Source: a virus
Taxonomy: Duplodnaviria; Caudoviricetes
DNA length: 42,745 nucleotides
IMG/VR virus record: IMGVR_UViG_3300037479_000410
Span: 1-42,745 of that record
Direction: 5' to 3' (one strand)
Positions 1 to 7,580 of the stretch are shown here, piece after piece; the stretch's first letter is position 1, and each line of letters begins with the position of its first letter. Below the pieces are notes generated by a model. That model was not told the DNA's origin and did not search any database. It was given only the letters and a program-made list of their open reading frames with translations. The position numbers and the translations under genes were made by a program.

Positions 1-134
1 CCCCGCAGCACGGCCGCGCGGTCCCAACTGTTCCATGCTTCACCTATCAAGCAAGGGACACTGCCCGTTCCCTTCGCCTGATCCGCCAGGACGGCGGTCA
101 GCGCTTCCGAAGTCGTCACGTCCACGTATGTCAT
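1..134 (-). CDS. Hypothetical early protein, 3'-truncated at window edge
   Basis: ATG at 134 after GGGAGGGG; reads MTYVDVTTSEALTAVLADQAKG... open to base 1. Confidence 0.5.
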   Translation of the reverse strand, partial: MTYVDVTTSEALTAVLADQAKGTGSVPCLIGEAWNSWDRAAVLR

Positions 135-156
135 ACCGTCCCCTCCCGCCGCTGTC

Positions 157-211
157 TCATGTGAGGGACGCTCCCTCCGTCTTCCCTTCCCGCCGTTCCT
201 TCAGCGCCTTG
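157..211. repeat. 55-bp exact direct repeat, copy 1 (copy 2 at 42350-42404)
   Basis: tcatgtgagggacgctccctccgtcttcccttcccgccgttccttcagcgccttg identical at both sites. Confidence 0.95.
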
Positions 212-240
212 GGGTCGGGGTGTCCCTCATGGCTTGTCCT

Positions 241-396
241 TCATTGCCACCTCCCGACGACGTAGCCCATGCCGAAGCTCACGACGGAGAGGGCGGTGAG
301 CCAGAAGGTGGTCCACCACTGCGCCTGCCGCTCCGCCTCCCGGCGGCGGTTCGTGAAGACGATGTAGGCCTGCCACGCGGGCGGCAGATGGGTCAT
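241..396 (-). CDS. Small single-TM protein (51 aa)
   Basis: MTHLPPAWQAY...WWTTFWLTALSVVSFGMGYVVGRWQ; C-terminal hydrophobic helix; GGAGGG upstream. Confidence 0.6.
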   Translation of the reverse strand: MTHLPPAWQAYIVFTNRRREAERQAQWWTTFWLTALSVVSFGMGYVVGRWQ

Positions 397-401
397 CACT
401 T

Positions 402-557
402 CTATCCCTCCATCAGCCGGAGCAGGGCGGTGCCGTAGGCGGCGTAGGCGTCGGCGTAGCGGCCCGGCCCGAAGACGGCGTTGAGGTAGGCGGCGTAGGC
501 GGTGACGTAGGCTGCGTAGGCGGTGACGTAGTCCGAGTAGACCTTCGCGTCGGTCAT
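402..557 (-). CDS. Tyr/Ala-repeat small protein (51 aa)
   Basis: Manual translation MTDAKVYSDYVTAYAAYVTAYAAYLNAVFGPGRYADAYAAYGTALLRLMEG; GGAGAGGAG SD. Confidence 0.6.
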   Translation of the reverse strand: MTDAKVYSDYVTAYAAYVTAYAAYLNAVFGPGRYADAYAAYGTALLRLMEG

Positions 558-716
558 TCACTCCTCTCCTTCACAGGGGCAGCAGTAACCGCAACGGCGG
601 CACTGGCTGCACAGCGCGACGAATCCCTGTCCGCACTCCACGCAGCCGGTGGGCCCCTCCTCACGGTCGGCGGCGAGCTTCCAGCGGTCGAAGCCGATGT
701 GCCAATCATCGTTCAT
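558..716 (-). CDS. Cys-rich putative Zn-binding small protein (52 aa)
   Basis: Manual translation ...CVECGQGFVALCSQCRRCGYCCPC...; ATGA overlap with upstream ORF. Confidence 0.6.
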   Translation of the reverse strand: MNDDWHIGFDRWKLAADREEGPTGCVECGQGFVALCSQCRRCGYCCPCEGEE

Positions 717-937
717 GCGATGCGGTGCGATGCGAGGCGATGCGGGGTGGCGCGGAGCGTCGCGAGACGGAGCGCTGTGATGTGCCGCGTTGTGTTGCGG
801 CGCAGTAGGAGACGATGCGGTGCGGTGTGGCGCGTGGCGTAGTGCCGCGTGGCGCAGCGTGGCGCAGCGTGGCGCTGTGGCGTCGCGGGGCGAAGCGTGG
901 CGCTGCGGAGCGCAGCGGCGTGGCGTGGCAGTGTCAT
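713..937 (-). CDS. Arg/His/Ala/Thr low-complexity ORF over a degenerate pentanucleotide array
   Basis: MTLPRHAAALRSATLR...SHRIA; TGATG and ATGA coupling at its ends; CGCNN periodicity. Confidence 0.5.
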   Translation of the reverse strand: MTLPRHAAALRSATLRPATPQRHAAPRCATRHYATRHTAPHRLLLRRNTTRHITALRLATLRATPHRLASHRIA

Positions 938-1140
938 CACGTCCCTACCTTGCTTGCTATCTCGTCCAGCCGGCGCACACTGAGGCCCGTCGGGCGCTGT
1001 TTGCCGTGCTCCCATTTCCAGAGCGTCGTCACGCTTACCCCGAGCTGGTGCGCCATCTCTTCGAGGCTGAGATTCCGCTCCTCCCGCATCGACCGGATCG
1101 TGGCGCTCGTCCATTTGTCGGGCGCATAGGCCTTGGCCAC
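937..1140 (-). CDS. XRE/Cro-CI family helix-turn-helix regulator
   Basis: IRSMREERNLSLEEMAHQLGVSVTTLWKWEHGKQRP is a typical HTH_3 pattern. Confidence 0.9.
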   Translation of the reverse strand: MAKAYAPDKWTSATIRSMREERNLSLEEMAHQLGVSVTTLWKWEHGKQRPTGLSVRRLDEIASKVGT

Positions 1141-1146
1141 GGTGCC

Positions 1147-1175
1147 CTTATAGATGCCGCCGCTCGAAAGGTCAA
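1147..1175 (-). promoter_or_regulatory. Leftward sigma70-like promoter (likely leaderless transcript)
   Basis: TTGACC-N17-TATAAG, 6 nt upstream of GTG at 1140. Confidence 0.7.
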
Positions 1176-1207
1176 GTCTACCCCAGTAATGGGGGAGGGG
1201 AATGTGC

Positions 1208-1236
1208 TTGACTCCCGAAAAGGCCGGCCCTAAAAT
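1208..1236 (+). promoter_or_regulatory. Rightward sigma70-like promoter
   Basis: TTGACT-N17-TAAAAT, 11 nt upstream of ATG 1248. Confidence 0.8.
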
Positions 1237-1247
1237 AGGCAGCCACT

Positions 1248-1790
1248 ATGGACGTAGAGCGACTCAAGCAGGTAGTGCGGGCGGCTGGCGGCGTGACCGC
1301 GGTCGCCTACCACGTGGGCAGGACCGAAGCCGCCGTGTACGGCTGGTACGCGGCCGGGCGGGTCTATCGAGGGCGGGACGCCGTCATTCTCATGCGGCTC
1401 GCGGCCGCGCGCGGGTTCCACGTGAGCTTCGAGGAACTCGTGGGTGAGGCCGAAAGCCCGGCGCCGACTCCGCCTCCCAGCGGCGACGGCGACGGCGGGC
1501 GTGCCAAGGCCAAGGCCAAGGCCCGGGACAACATCTCGTTGGACAGCCTAGCTCACGAGCCGGTTCACCAGGGCGACGAGCCGCCGCGGGCTCAGATGCA
1601 GATACCCCTCGGTCGTCCGCACCGAGCTGTGCCGCGCGAGATCGCGCAGGCTCCACGGATCCACTCCGTCCTCCGCGAGATGCGTCAAGAAGCTATGCCG
1701 CAAGGTGTGAACCGCGCCTTGAAACCCGCACCGTGCGAGCCCGTCTCGGACCATCCGATACACGTGCGTCTGGTGCCACGGGCGGCCTGA
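1248..1790 (+). CDS. Cro/YdaS-like HTH regulator with long C-terminal tail overlapping the integrase antisense
   Basis: N-terminal LKQVVRAAGGVTAVAYHVGRTEAAVYGW; divergent from the other HTH gene; true 3' end uncertain. Confidence 0.7.
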   Translation: MDVERLKQVVRAAGGVTAVAYHVGRTEAAVYGWYAAGRVYRGRDAVILMRLAAARGFHVSFEELVGEAESPAPTPPPSGDGDGGRAKAKAKARDNISLDSLAHEPVHQGDEPPRAQMQIPLGRPHRAVPREIAQAPRIHSVLREMRQEAMPQGVNRALKPAPCEPVSDHPIHVRLVPRAA

Positions 1791-2435
1791 ATGGGGGTTC
1801 GCAAACACCCACGGGACGCCATGTGCCGCGCGATCGCGGGCGGCCTGCAGCTCGACTATCGCATCGCGGCTGAGCGGGAGCGTGGCTTCTTTGCCACCCT
1901 TGGGGTGGAGGTCCGGATAGCGCCAGTCCGCGCGGCGGATGGTGACGGTGCCGGCTTCGAGGTCCACGTCGTCCCACTGGAGCCCGAGCAGCTCGCCGAG
2001 CCGCATGCCGGTCCGCAGGCCGAGAAGGACCAGAGGGGCCAGATGGGGTTGTCGCATGCGGATCGCTGAGACGAGACGTGGCACCGCGTCCCGCGGGATC
2101 GCATGCTGACGCCGCGGCCCCTTCCGCTGTGGCACGATCTTGCCGAGCCCTTCGCAGGGGTTCACGACGCAGAGTTCATCCTCGACACGAGCACTCTCAA
2201 AGATCGTGCGCCAGACCGCGAGGATGAGCTTCACCGTGCCGCTGGCGTAGCCGTCCTCCAGGAGGTCCAGAAGCGCGCGGCGTATCTCCTGGCGTGTGAC
2301 CTCGTGAATCGGCTTCTGCGCGAGCGCCGGCGGCAGGTGGCGGCGCAAAATGTCTTGATACGTCCGGAGGGTGCGGGGCTTCAGCCGCGCCCCGTGGCGG
2401 CGGAACCACAGCTCCGTGTACGCGCTGACCGTCAT
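1548..2435 (-). CDS. int: Tyrosine recombinase/integrase
   Basis: GMRLGELLGLQWDDVDL, HTLRHSF, LARHSS, TEGY catalytic motifs; AGGGGAG SD. Confidence 0.95.
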   Translation of the reverse strand: MTVSAYTELWFRRHGARLKPRTLRTYQDILRRHLPPALAQKPIHEVTRQEIRRALLDLLEDGYASGTVKLILAVWRTIFESARVEDELCVVNPCEGLGKIVPQRKGPRRQHAIPRDAVPRLVSAIRMRQPHLAPLVLLGLRTGMRLGELLGLQWDDVDLEAGTVTIRRADWRYPDLHPKGGKEATLPLSRDAIVELQAARDRAAHGVPWVFANPHSGRPWHQTHVYRMVRDGLARCGFQGAVHTLRHSFLTHLAEDGVDPWSLRDLARHSSVRTTEGYLHLSPRRLVALVNRLVS

Positions 2436-2457
2436 CTGTCTCCCCTTTCGCGTCAGC

Positions 2458-2482
2458 GGCTAGAGAGACAGTCTCTCCAGCC
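2458..2482. promoter_or_regulatory. 25-bp imperfect palindrome just upstream of int (operator candidate)
   Basis: GGCT-A-GAGAGAC-A-GTCTCTC-C-AGCC. Confidence 0.5.
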
Positions 2483-2533
2483 TGTTAGTCCGAACCGGGT
2501 CCCAAGGTCAAGGAGAAACTAGCGGGCAGAGGC

Positions 2534-2542
2534 TGTGGATAA
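2534..2542 (-). promoter_or_regulatory. Perfect DnaA box
   Basis: TGTGGATAA = reverse complement of TTATCCACA, in non-coding DNA. Confidence 0.5.
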
Positions 2543-2583
2543 CCCGGGCGGGAGGAGAGCGGGGCATGGGGTGGCCCCGCGCA

Positions 2584-2599
2584 AGCAGGCGGCATGCCA
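2584..2599 (-). promoter_or_regulatory. Sigma54-type -24/-12 promoter facing int
   Basis: TGGCATGCCGCCTGCT (GG-N10-GC). Confidence 0.5.
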
Positions 2600-2875
2600 A
2601 GGAGGGTGGCCGTGTGTTTTCGGGGAAAATCCCGGGAAAATCGTGAACTGTGGGACAGCTAGCTAGGAACGCCCGCGAACAGCGCAGTTTCTAGCGCACA
2701 GGCGAGGATGGTGGCGGCAGCACGGCGAGATGACGTGCGCGGTGCGCGGAAGTGACTGGCCAAGGTCGGCGGCGGTTGGGACTGTCGAGGACTCCACCCA
2801 TGGTCCTCTCTGCTAGCTCAGAAAGGGTGAGCGGGGCTTGATGATGGTGCGGATGGCGTGCCTAAACGCCCGAGA

Positions 2876-3514
2876 ATGACACCCTACTACAACCATGCGG
2901 GTATCACGATCTACCACGGCGACTGCCGGGAGATTGCTCCATCCGTGGTCGCGGAGACGGTGATTGCCGATCCCGTATGGCCGAATGCTCATCCTGAACT
3001 TGTTGGTGCCGTCGATCCGTGGGGCCTCTTTGAAGAAGCGGTGCGGCAGTTCCCGAGTTCGATGCAACGCCTTGTGATCTGGCTCGGAGTGCAATCGGAT
3101 CCGCGCTTTCTCTATGCTGTGCCTTCGACGATGCCATTCCTTCGCCTTCAGTACCTGAGGCGTGCGGTCCCCAGCTACAATGGTCGGTGTCTCGTATCGG
3201 GGGATGTAGTCTACGCCTTTGGCGCGTGGCCCCCTTCCGTCCCCGGGGCGCGTGTCATTGCGGGCGAGATGTGGCGCGCGACTTCTGTGCCTACCCGCCG
3301 GCAAGATCATCCTGCGGCTCGGAACGAAGAGCATGCCTTGTTTGTCGTGCATTGGTGGGGTCATGGACCCATCTTGGACCCCTTCATGGGAACCGGGACA
3401 ATTCTCGTTGCGGCGAAGCAGCTCGGCCAGCGTGCGATCGGCATCGACATCGAAGAGCGGTACTGTGAGATCGCGGCGCGCCGTCTAAGCCAAGAGGTGC
3501 TGCGGTTCGCATGA
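2876..3514 (+). CDS. DNA amino-methyltransferase (N6A/N4C, beta class)
   Basis: TIYHGDCRE, variant catalytic DPVW, ILDPFMGTGT, AIGIDIEERYCEIAARRL. Confidence 0.9.
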   Translation: MTPYYNHAGITIYHGDCREIAPSVVAETVIADPVWPNAHPELVGAVDPWGLFEEAVRQFPSSMQRLVIWLGVQSDPRFLYAVPSTMPFLRLQYLRRAVPSYNGRCLVSGDVVYAFGAWPPSVPGARVIAGEMWRATSVPTRRQDHPAARNEEHALFVVHWWGHGPILDPFMGTGTILVAAKQLGQRAIGIDIEERYCEIAARRLSQEVLRFA

Positions 3515-3693
3515 CGGCGGCGGTCTCACGCTCACGGCGCTTCGCCACGCTTGCGCATGTCCATCGCGACGGCGGGATGGCGGGGATTCATCTTCCGTGG
3601 GCGCCCGAGCCGGTATTCCCGGAGACGGTGGTGCCGGACACGCCTGAGAGCCGAGTCTTGTTGGCGGTCCTCGAAGACGTCTGGGGCGAGTAG
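3511..3693 (+). pseudogene. Truncated paralog of the downstream gene
   Basis: PEPVFPETVVPDTPESRVLLAVLED aligns with VEPVYPDRQIRDSPERKLMRAVLEE, then stops at TAG. Confidence 0.5.
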
Positions 3694-3713
3694 CGGAAGA
3701 TCTGGAGTCCCTT

Positions 3714-4133
3714 GTGAAGGCACGCCATCACCCGACCTTCTTCGACATCGGGCGCACGATGGCCGCCCCCGTCCCATGGGAGGTCGAGCCCGTCTACCCC
3801 GACCGGCAGATCCGCGACAGCCCGGAGCGGAAGCTCATGCGGGCCGTCCTCGAGGAGGCGATCCGGACGATCCGACGCGGGCCGGGCACCACGCGCACGC
3901 CCTCGCGCCGGGGTGGCGCGGATCAGCTGTACGCGCGGGACCCCCACGCCCAAGCGGTCCAATGGGTGCTCGCGGACGACACCGACACCCTCTTCAGCTT
4001 CCGGTCGATCTGCACGGTGTTGGGGTTGAATCCCGACTACATCCGCCGGCGGCTCCCGAGGGCGAGGAAGCCGGCGCGGCTCCTCCATGCGGTGCCGCCG
4101 CGGGCGGCGCTGTTCCACTCAGGGCAGCGGTAG
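3714..4133 (+). CDS. Conserved hypothetical protein (PERKLMRAVLE...FSFRSICTVLGL family)
   Basis: Recognisable helical family motif; possibly DNA-binding. Confidence 0.75.
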   Translation: MKARHHPTFFDIGRTMAAPVPWEVEPVYPDRQIRDSPERKLMRAVLEEAIRTIRRGPGTTRTPSRRGGADQLYARDPHAQAVQWVLADDTDTLFSFRSICTVLGLNPDYIRRRLPRARKPARLLHAVPPRAALFHSGQR

Positions 4134-4140
4134 CGGAGGG

Positions 4141-5121
4141 ATGGCCTTGGCGCGCATTCGGAGTTTGAAACCCGAGTTCTTCCGCGACCAGAAGGTGCTC
4201 GCCGTGAGCTTCGGCGCTCGCCTCCTCTTCCAAGGCTTGTGGACGGCGGCCGACCGCGAGGGCCGGCTCCGCGACCAGCCGGGGCAATTCAAGCTGGACT
4301 ACTTCCCGACCGACCGCGTGAACATCGAGCAGCTCCTCTCCGAGCTGACCGACCCTGGCCACCTGCTGATCGTCCGCTACCACGTGGACGGGGAGCGCTA
4401 CATCGCGATCCCGAACTTCCTCCGCCACCAGCGACCGCACATGAATGAGCCGCGGAGCGTCATCCCGCCGCCTCCGCCAACTACCGAGAATACCGAGGCT
4501 CGGGAAATGTCCCGAGCCGCACCGAGTCCTCCGGACATGTCCCGAGCCGCACCGAGTCCTCCCGAGCACTCCGCAGGAAAGGAAGGAGATCTGGAAAGGA
4601 AGGGAAGGGAGGGGCAGGGGAAGGGGTGTGGGGAAGGGGAGGGGGAGGGGCCGTCGCGGAGCGACGGCGGGTGTGTGTCACTCGAAAGCCTGCCGGCCTT
4701 GTACCGGAGGCTCTGCCCCTCGCTGCCGCAGTGGGACACGATCACGCCGGCCCGGCGGGTAAAGCTCCGACTCCGCCTCGCGGAGCATCCCGATCCCGCC
4801 TGGTGGGAGGCGGTGTTTCGGCGAGTGGCGGCGACGCCCTTTCTCCGAGGCGAGAACCCGCGGAGCTGGCGGGCGACGCTTGATTGGCTGATCGCGAACG
4901 ACCACCACGCGTTGCAGGTCCACGAGGGCAAGTACGGCGCAGCGGAGAAGCGGCCGGCACCGTTCCGGGCGCCGGGTAGACCGTCGCCGCCGCCTGTTGT
5001 GGCGAGCGTCGGGAAGCCCGTGCCGCCGGCGGTGGGACCAGCGGACATCGCAGCGCAGCGGGCGAAGCTCCGGGAGCAGGCCGCGGAGATCAGTGCGCGT
5101 GAGCGGAGGGAACGGGGATGA
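4141..5121 (+). CDS. Phage replication initiator (lambda O/replisome-organiser type)
   Basis: ARIRSLKPEFF...ARLLFQGLWTAADREGR N-terminus; C-terminal FLRGEN..WRATLDWLI...EGKY; internal repeats. Confidence 0.85.
   Translation: MALARIRSLKPEFFRDQKVLAVSFGARLLFQGLWTAADREGRLRDQPGQFKLDYFPTDRVNIEQLLSELTDPGHLLIVRYHVDGERYIAIPNFLRHQRPHMNEPRSVIPPPPPTTENTEAREMSRAAPSPPDMSRAAPSPPEHSAGKEGDLERKGREGQGKGCGEGEGEGPSRSDGGCVSLESLPALYRRLCPSLPQWDTITPARRVKLRLRLAEHPDPAWWEAVFRRVAATPFLRGENPRSWRATLDWLIANDHHALQVHEGKYGAAEKRPAPFRAPGRPSPPPVVASVGKPVPPAVGPADIAAQRAKLREQAAEISARERRERG
4484..4650 (+). repeat. Putative replication origin: iterons plus purine tract inside the initiator gene
   Basis: 26-bp repeat ATGTCCCGAGCCGCACCGAGTCCTCC at 4507 and 4537; CCGAG at 4484, 4493, 4512, 4522, 4542, 4552, 4562. 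Confidence 0.7.
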
Positions 5122-5360
5122 AGCCGGCCCCGCCGGCAGGCGCGCCGCCCGTCGTCGACCATCCGCCTCACTACCAGGCCGCGGGCTTGCAGTGCATCGA
5201 GGTGATCGAGAAGTTCGGGCTCGGCTACCACTTGGGGAACGTCGTCAAGTATATCTTGCGGGCTGACCGCAAGGGGGAGGCCATAGCGGACCTGCAGAAG
5301 GCGGCGTGGTACTTGGCGAGGGAGATCGCGCGGAGGGAACAGGGGAGGGAACAGGGATGA
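5118..5360 (+). CDS. DUF3310 family protein
   Basis: VDHPPHY...CIEVIE...GNVVKYILRA..KG...DLQKAAWYL. Confidence 0.9.
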   Translation: MKPAPPAGAPPVVDHPPHYQAAGLQCIEVIEKFGLGYHLGNVVKYILRADRKGEAIADLQKAAWYLAREIARREQGREQG

Positions 5361-5536
5361 AGGGCTTTCTCAGGCGGTGGCTCGTGATGGCGGCGGGTGT
5401 CGTCGTGTGGGTCGTGGTAGCCGGTCTAACTGGCGCGCTCGGCGTTTTTGCCATCGGGGATGTGGCAGCCGCCGCGGTGCTGTTGCTCTCTCTGGTGACC
5501 TTCCTCACGCTAGTTACGGGGAGGGAACAGCGATGA
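5357..5536 (+). CDS. Small two-TM membrane protein
   Basis: Two hydrophobic stretches; ATGA coupling. Confidence 0.6.
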   Translation: MKGFLRRWLVMAAGVVVWVVVAGLTGALGVFAIGDVAAAAVLLLSLVTFLTLVTGREQR

Positions 5537-5691
5537 AGGCGTTTCGCAGGATGTGGCGGCCCGTCTGGCGTTGGTGGCGCTGGTTCAGACACGGCGAGCT
5601 CATTGTCAGCGGCACGGCGGTGGCCGAACGAGACGATGAGTTCATTCAGGAAATCGTCAAGCGGTTCGGGCCGTTCGGGCCGAGTACATGA
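5533..5691 (+). CDS. Hypothetical small protein
   Basis: MKAFRRMWRPVWRWW...; ATGA coupling at both ends. Confidence 0.55.
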   Translation: MKAFRRMWRPVWRWWRWFRHGELIVSGTAVAERDDEFIQEIVKRFGPFGPST

Positions 5692-6026
5692 AGGCAATTG
5701 CCTTGCGCCGAAACTTCGGCCGCAGGCGCGCACTCTCCCGCTCGGTCCGGAATACGAAGGCGAAGGGCTCGCGGAACGAGCGGCGGACCATCGCCGTGCT
5801 CGAGGCCGCGGGCTACGCCTGCATGAAAGCGGGCGCGTCGCTCGGCGTCTTCGATGTGATCGGCATCGCCGCGACGGACATCGTGTGCTGCCAGGTGAAG
5901 AGCAATGCGTGGCCGGGGACGGCGGAGCTGGCGCGCCTGCGGGCGTTCGTCGCCCCAGCGAACGTGCGGAAGGTCGTGCATCGGTGGCGGGACGGGGCGC
6001 GGGCGCCGGACGTGCGGGAGGTCTAG
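5688..6026 (+). CDS. Hjc-like Holliday junction resolvase (PD-(D/E)xK)
   Basis: KGSRNERR...LEAAGY...SLGVFDVI...CQVKS. Confidence 0.8.
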   Translation: MKAIALRRNFGRRRALSRSVRNTKAKGSRNERRTIAVLEAAGYACMKAGASLGVFDVIGIAATDIVCCQVKSNAWPGTAELARLRAFVAPANVRKVVHRWRDGARAPDVREV

Positions 6027-6029
6027 GGC

Positions 6030-6308
6030 GTGCCGCGTGCCGTGTCTGTGTGGGCGAGGGAACGTGCCGCGCAATGTTGGTGTGATGAACGGACGGCACA
6101 TCTAGTCCTGGATCCTGTCCTCGCGGAAGTCGTGGCCGAGGCATTGGAGGAGGTGCGGTCGGCGGACCATGCTTTAGATGTCGCCCGTCGGGTGGTGCAG
6201 GCGTGGCAGGATGATGACAGAGGTGCTGGATCAGCGCGCGATCGCTACGAGCTACTGGCCGTCCGCATCGCGGGAGCACTCAAGGCCGCGGCCCGCTCGT
6301 ACTACTAA
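6030..6308 (+). CDS. Hypothetical protein
   Basis: AAQCWCDERT...LDPVLAE motif; follows the resolvase directly. Confidence 0.6.
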   Translation: MPRAVSVWARERAAQCWCDERTAHLVLDPVLAEVVAEALEEVRSADHALDVARRVVQAWQDDDRGAGSARDRYELLAVRIAGALKAAARSYY

Positions 6309-6563
6309 TTTCCGCGACGCTAGTAGAAGATTGGGACAAAGGGCTGAGCCATGAAAAAGCCGAGAGAGGCACCGACCAGCCAAGACGTCTTCGCCGTCTT
6401 CGCGGACTGCGATCCGGAGAAGATGATGCAGCTTAGTTCATGGGGGTCACTCTCCCTTCTCGGCTAGTGCGAGGGCGTCAGGGGCGGCATCTGCGTAGCC
6501 CATGTAGTGTGCGTGCGACCTCTTTCAAGCTGAAGGCCCGGCTGCTCAAGGCGCAGAGCGGGC

Positions 6564-6731
6564 TCAGGGTGCGGGAGGCGACGGCGTGGCCTTCCGCTTC
6601 CGGGGTTTCTTCGCGTTCGCTCGTGCTGCCTCGGTTTTGGCCGCCGACCGCACGTGCCCAGCCTTGGCGGTGAGGCAGGAGAGACAGGTGAGGCGCGCGT
6701 GGGGGTGGAGGGGGCAGTGGGGGTCCGGCAT
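6564..6731 (-). CDS. Small basic protein (55 aa)
   Basis: Manual translation MPDPHCPLHPHARLTCLSC...RSAAKTEAARANAKKPRKRK; GAAGGGAG SD; TGATG coupling. Confidence 0.6.
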   Translation of the reverse strand: MPDPHCPLHPHARLTCLSCLTAKAGHVRSAAKTEAARANAKKPRKRKATPSPPAP

Positions 6732-6919
6732 CACTCTCCCTTCGAGCCACCATCGTGGTCTTCCGTTGACTCCTTTTCGTCCTCGCGCAGCAACTCAAGG
6801 AGTAGCTCGCGCGCGTACTGCACCTGCCGCGACCGAAAAGTGTGGCGCGTCGCCGCGAGGAGGTCGATCACTTCCCGCACGACGGCGCGCCAGTCCCGGG
6901 TTCTAGTCTCGCGACCCAC
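6731..6919 (-). CDS. Hypothetical protein
   Basis: ...VREVIDLLAATRHTFRSRQVQYARELL; start uncertain. Confidence 0.5.
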   Translation of the reverse strand: MGRETRTRDWRAVVREVIDLLAATRHTFRSRQVQYARELLLELLREDEKESTEDHDGGSKGE

Positions 6920-7577
6920 GTATAAGCAGGAGCAGCCGCGTATGACGGCGCATGTAGTCGTGGCTGCCACACTCGTCGCCGCGATCACGTGCAGGGCCGA
7001 GTGTCAGCGCAGCCTGTTGCTGGGGATGCATGCCCGCTGGCTGGTCGTACTGCACGGGGCGCGGCAGGAACCCCCGACAGTCGCCGAGCGACACATACGT
7101 GAGATGGCGGCTCGCCGCCTCTGCCCAATACCGTGCTGCGGCCCAGAGCACGCGATCGCGCTCGGGGCCGCGCACGGGCGGGTGCCACTCTTGCCAGCGC
7201 CCGGAGTGTTGGATCGAATCGTCGTAGTCGGGCGCACCGTTGCCCGTGATCGGGTAGCCGGCTTCGCCGATCGCCGCGAGAATCACCGTGGCCTGCTCAA
7301 GCATGAGCGGATGGCGCCGCGACCAGCCATGGTGGTCGAGCGTTCGGCGCGCGATGTCGTCCGGGCGCAGCGCATACCAGTACATCGCATCCACGATCTC
7401 CCGGTCGATCGCATCCAGCTCGGCCTCGGGCGCGACGTTGCGCCGAGCGACGAGGGCAGCGACCGTGGCGCGAAGGTGGGGTGGCAGCGGGTCACGCTCG
7501 CCAGCGACAGGAGTGAGCGCGGCGACATATTCGGCGTGCAGGAGCGGGTTGAGTGGGTGGAGTGGGGTCGTCGTCAT
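6903..7577 (-). CDS. Hypothetical early protein
   Basis: 224-aa ORF in the leftward cassette, 3 nt after the preceding stop. Confidence 0.65.
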   Translation of the reverse strand: MTTTPLHPLNPLLHAEYVAALTPVAGERDPLPPHLRATVAALVARRNVAPEAELDAIDREIVDAMYWYALRPDDIARRTLDHHGWSRRHPLMLEQATVILAAIGEAGYPITGNGAPDYDDSIQHSGRWQEWHPPVRGPERDRVLWAAARYWAEAASRHLTYVSLGDCRGFLPRPVQYDQPAGMHPQQQAALTLGPARDRGDECGSHDYMRRHTRLLLLIRGSRD

Positions 7578-7580
7578 GAC

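Noticed and set aside
2436-2530. Hammerhead ribozyme or glycine riboswitch upstream of int
   Set aside because: Only partial motifs (CTGACG..GAAA, GGAGAGAC); required core and stems are absent
2600-2860. tRNA/tmRNA fragment as attP core
   Set aside because: No recognisable T-arm/CCA end found by eye; no tRNA gene seen anywhere in the window
6351-6467. 38-aa ORF MKKPREAPTSQ...
   Set aside because: Short, no motif, weak SD; cannot be supported as a gene
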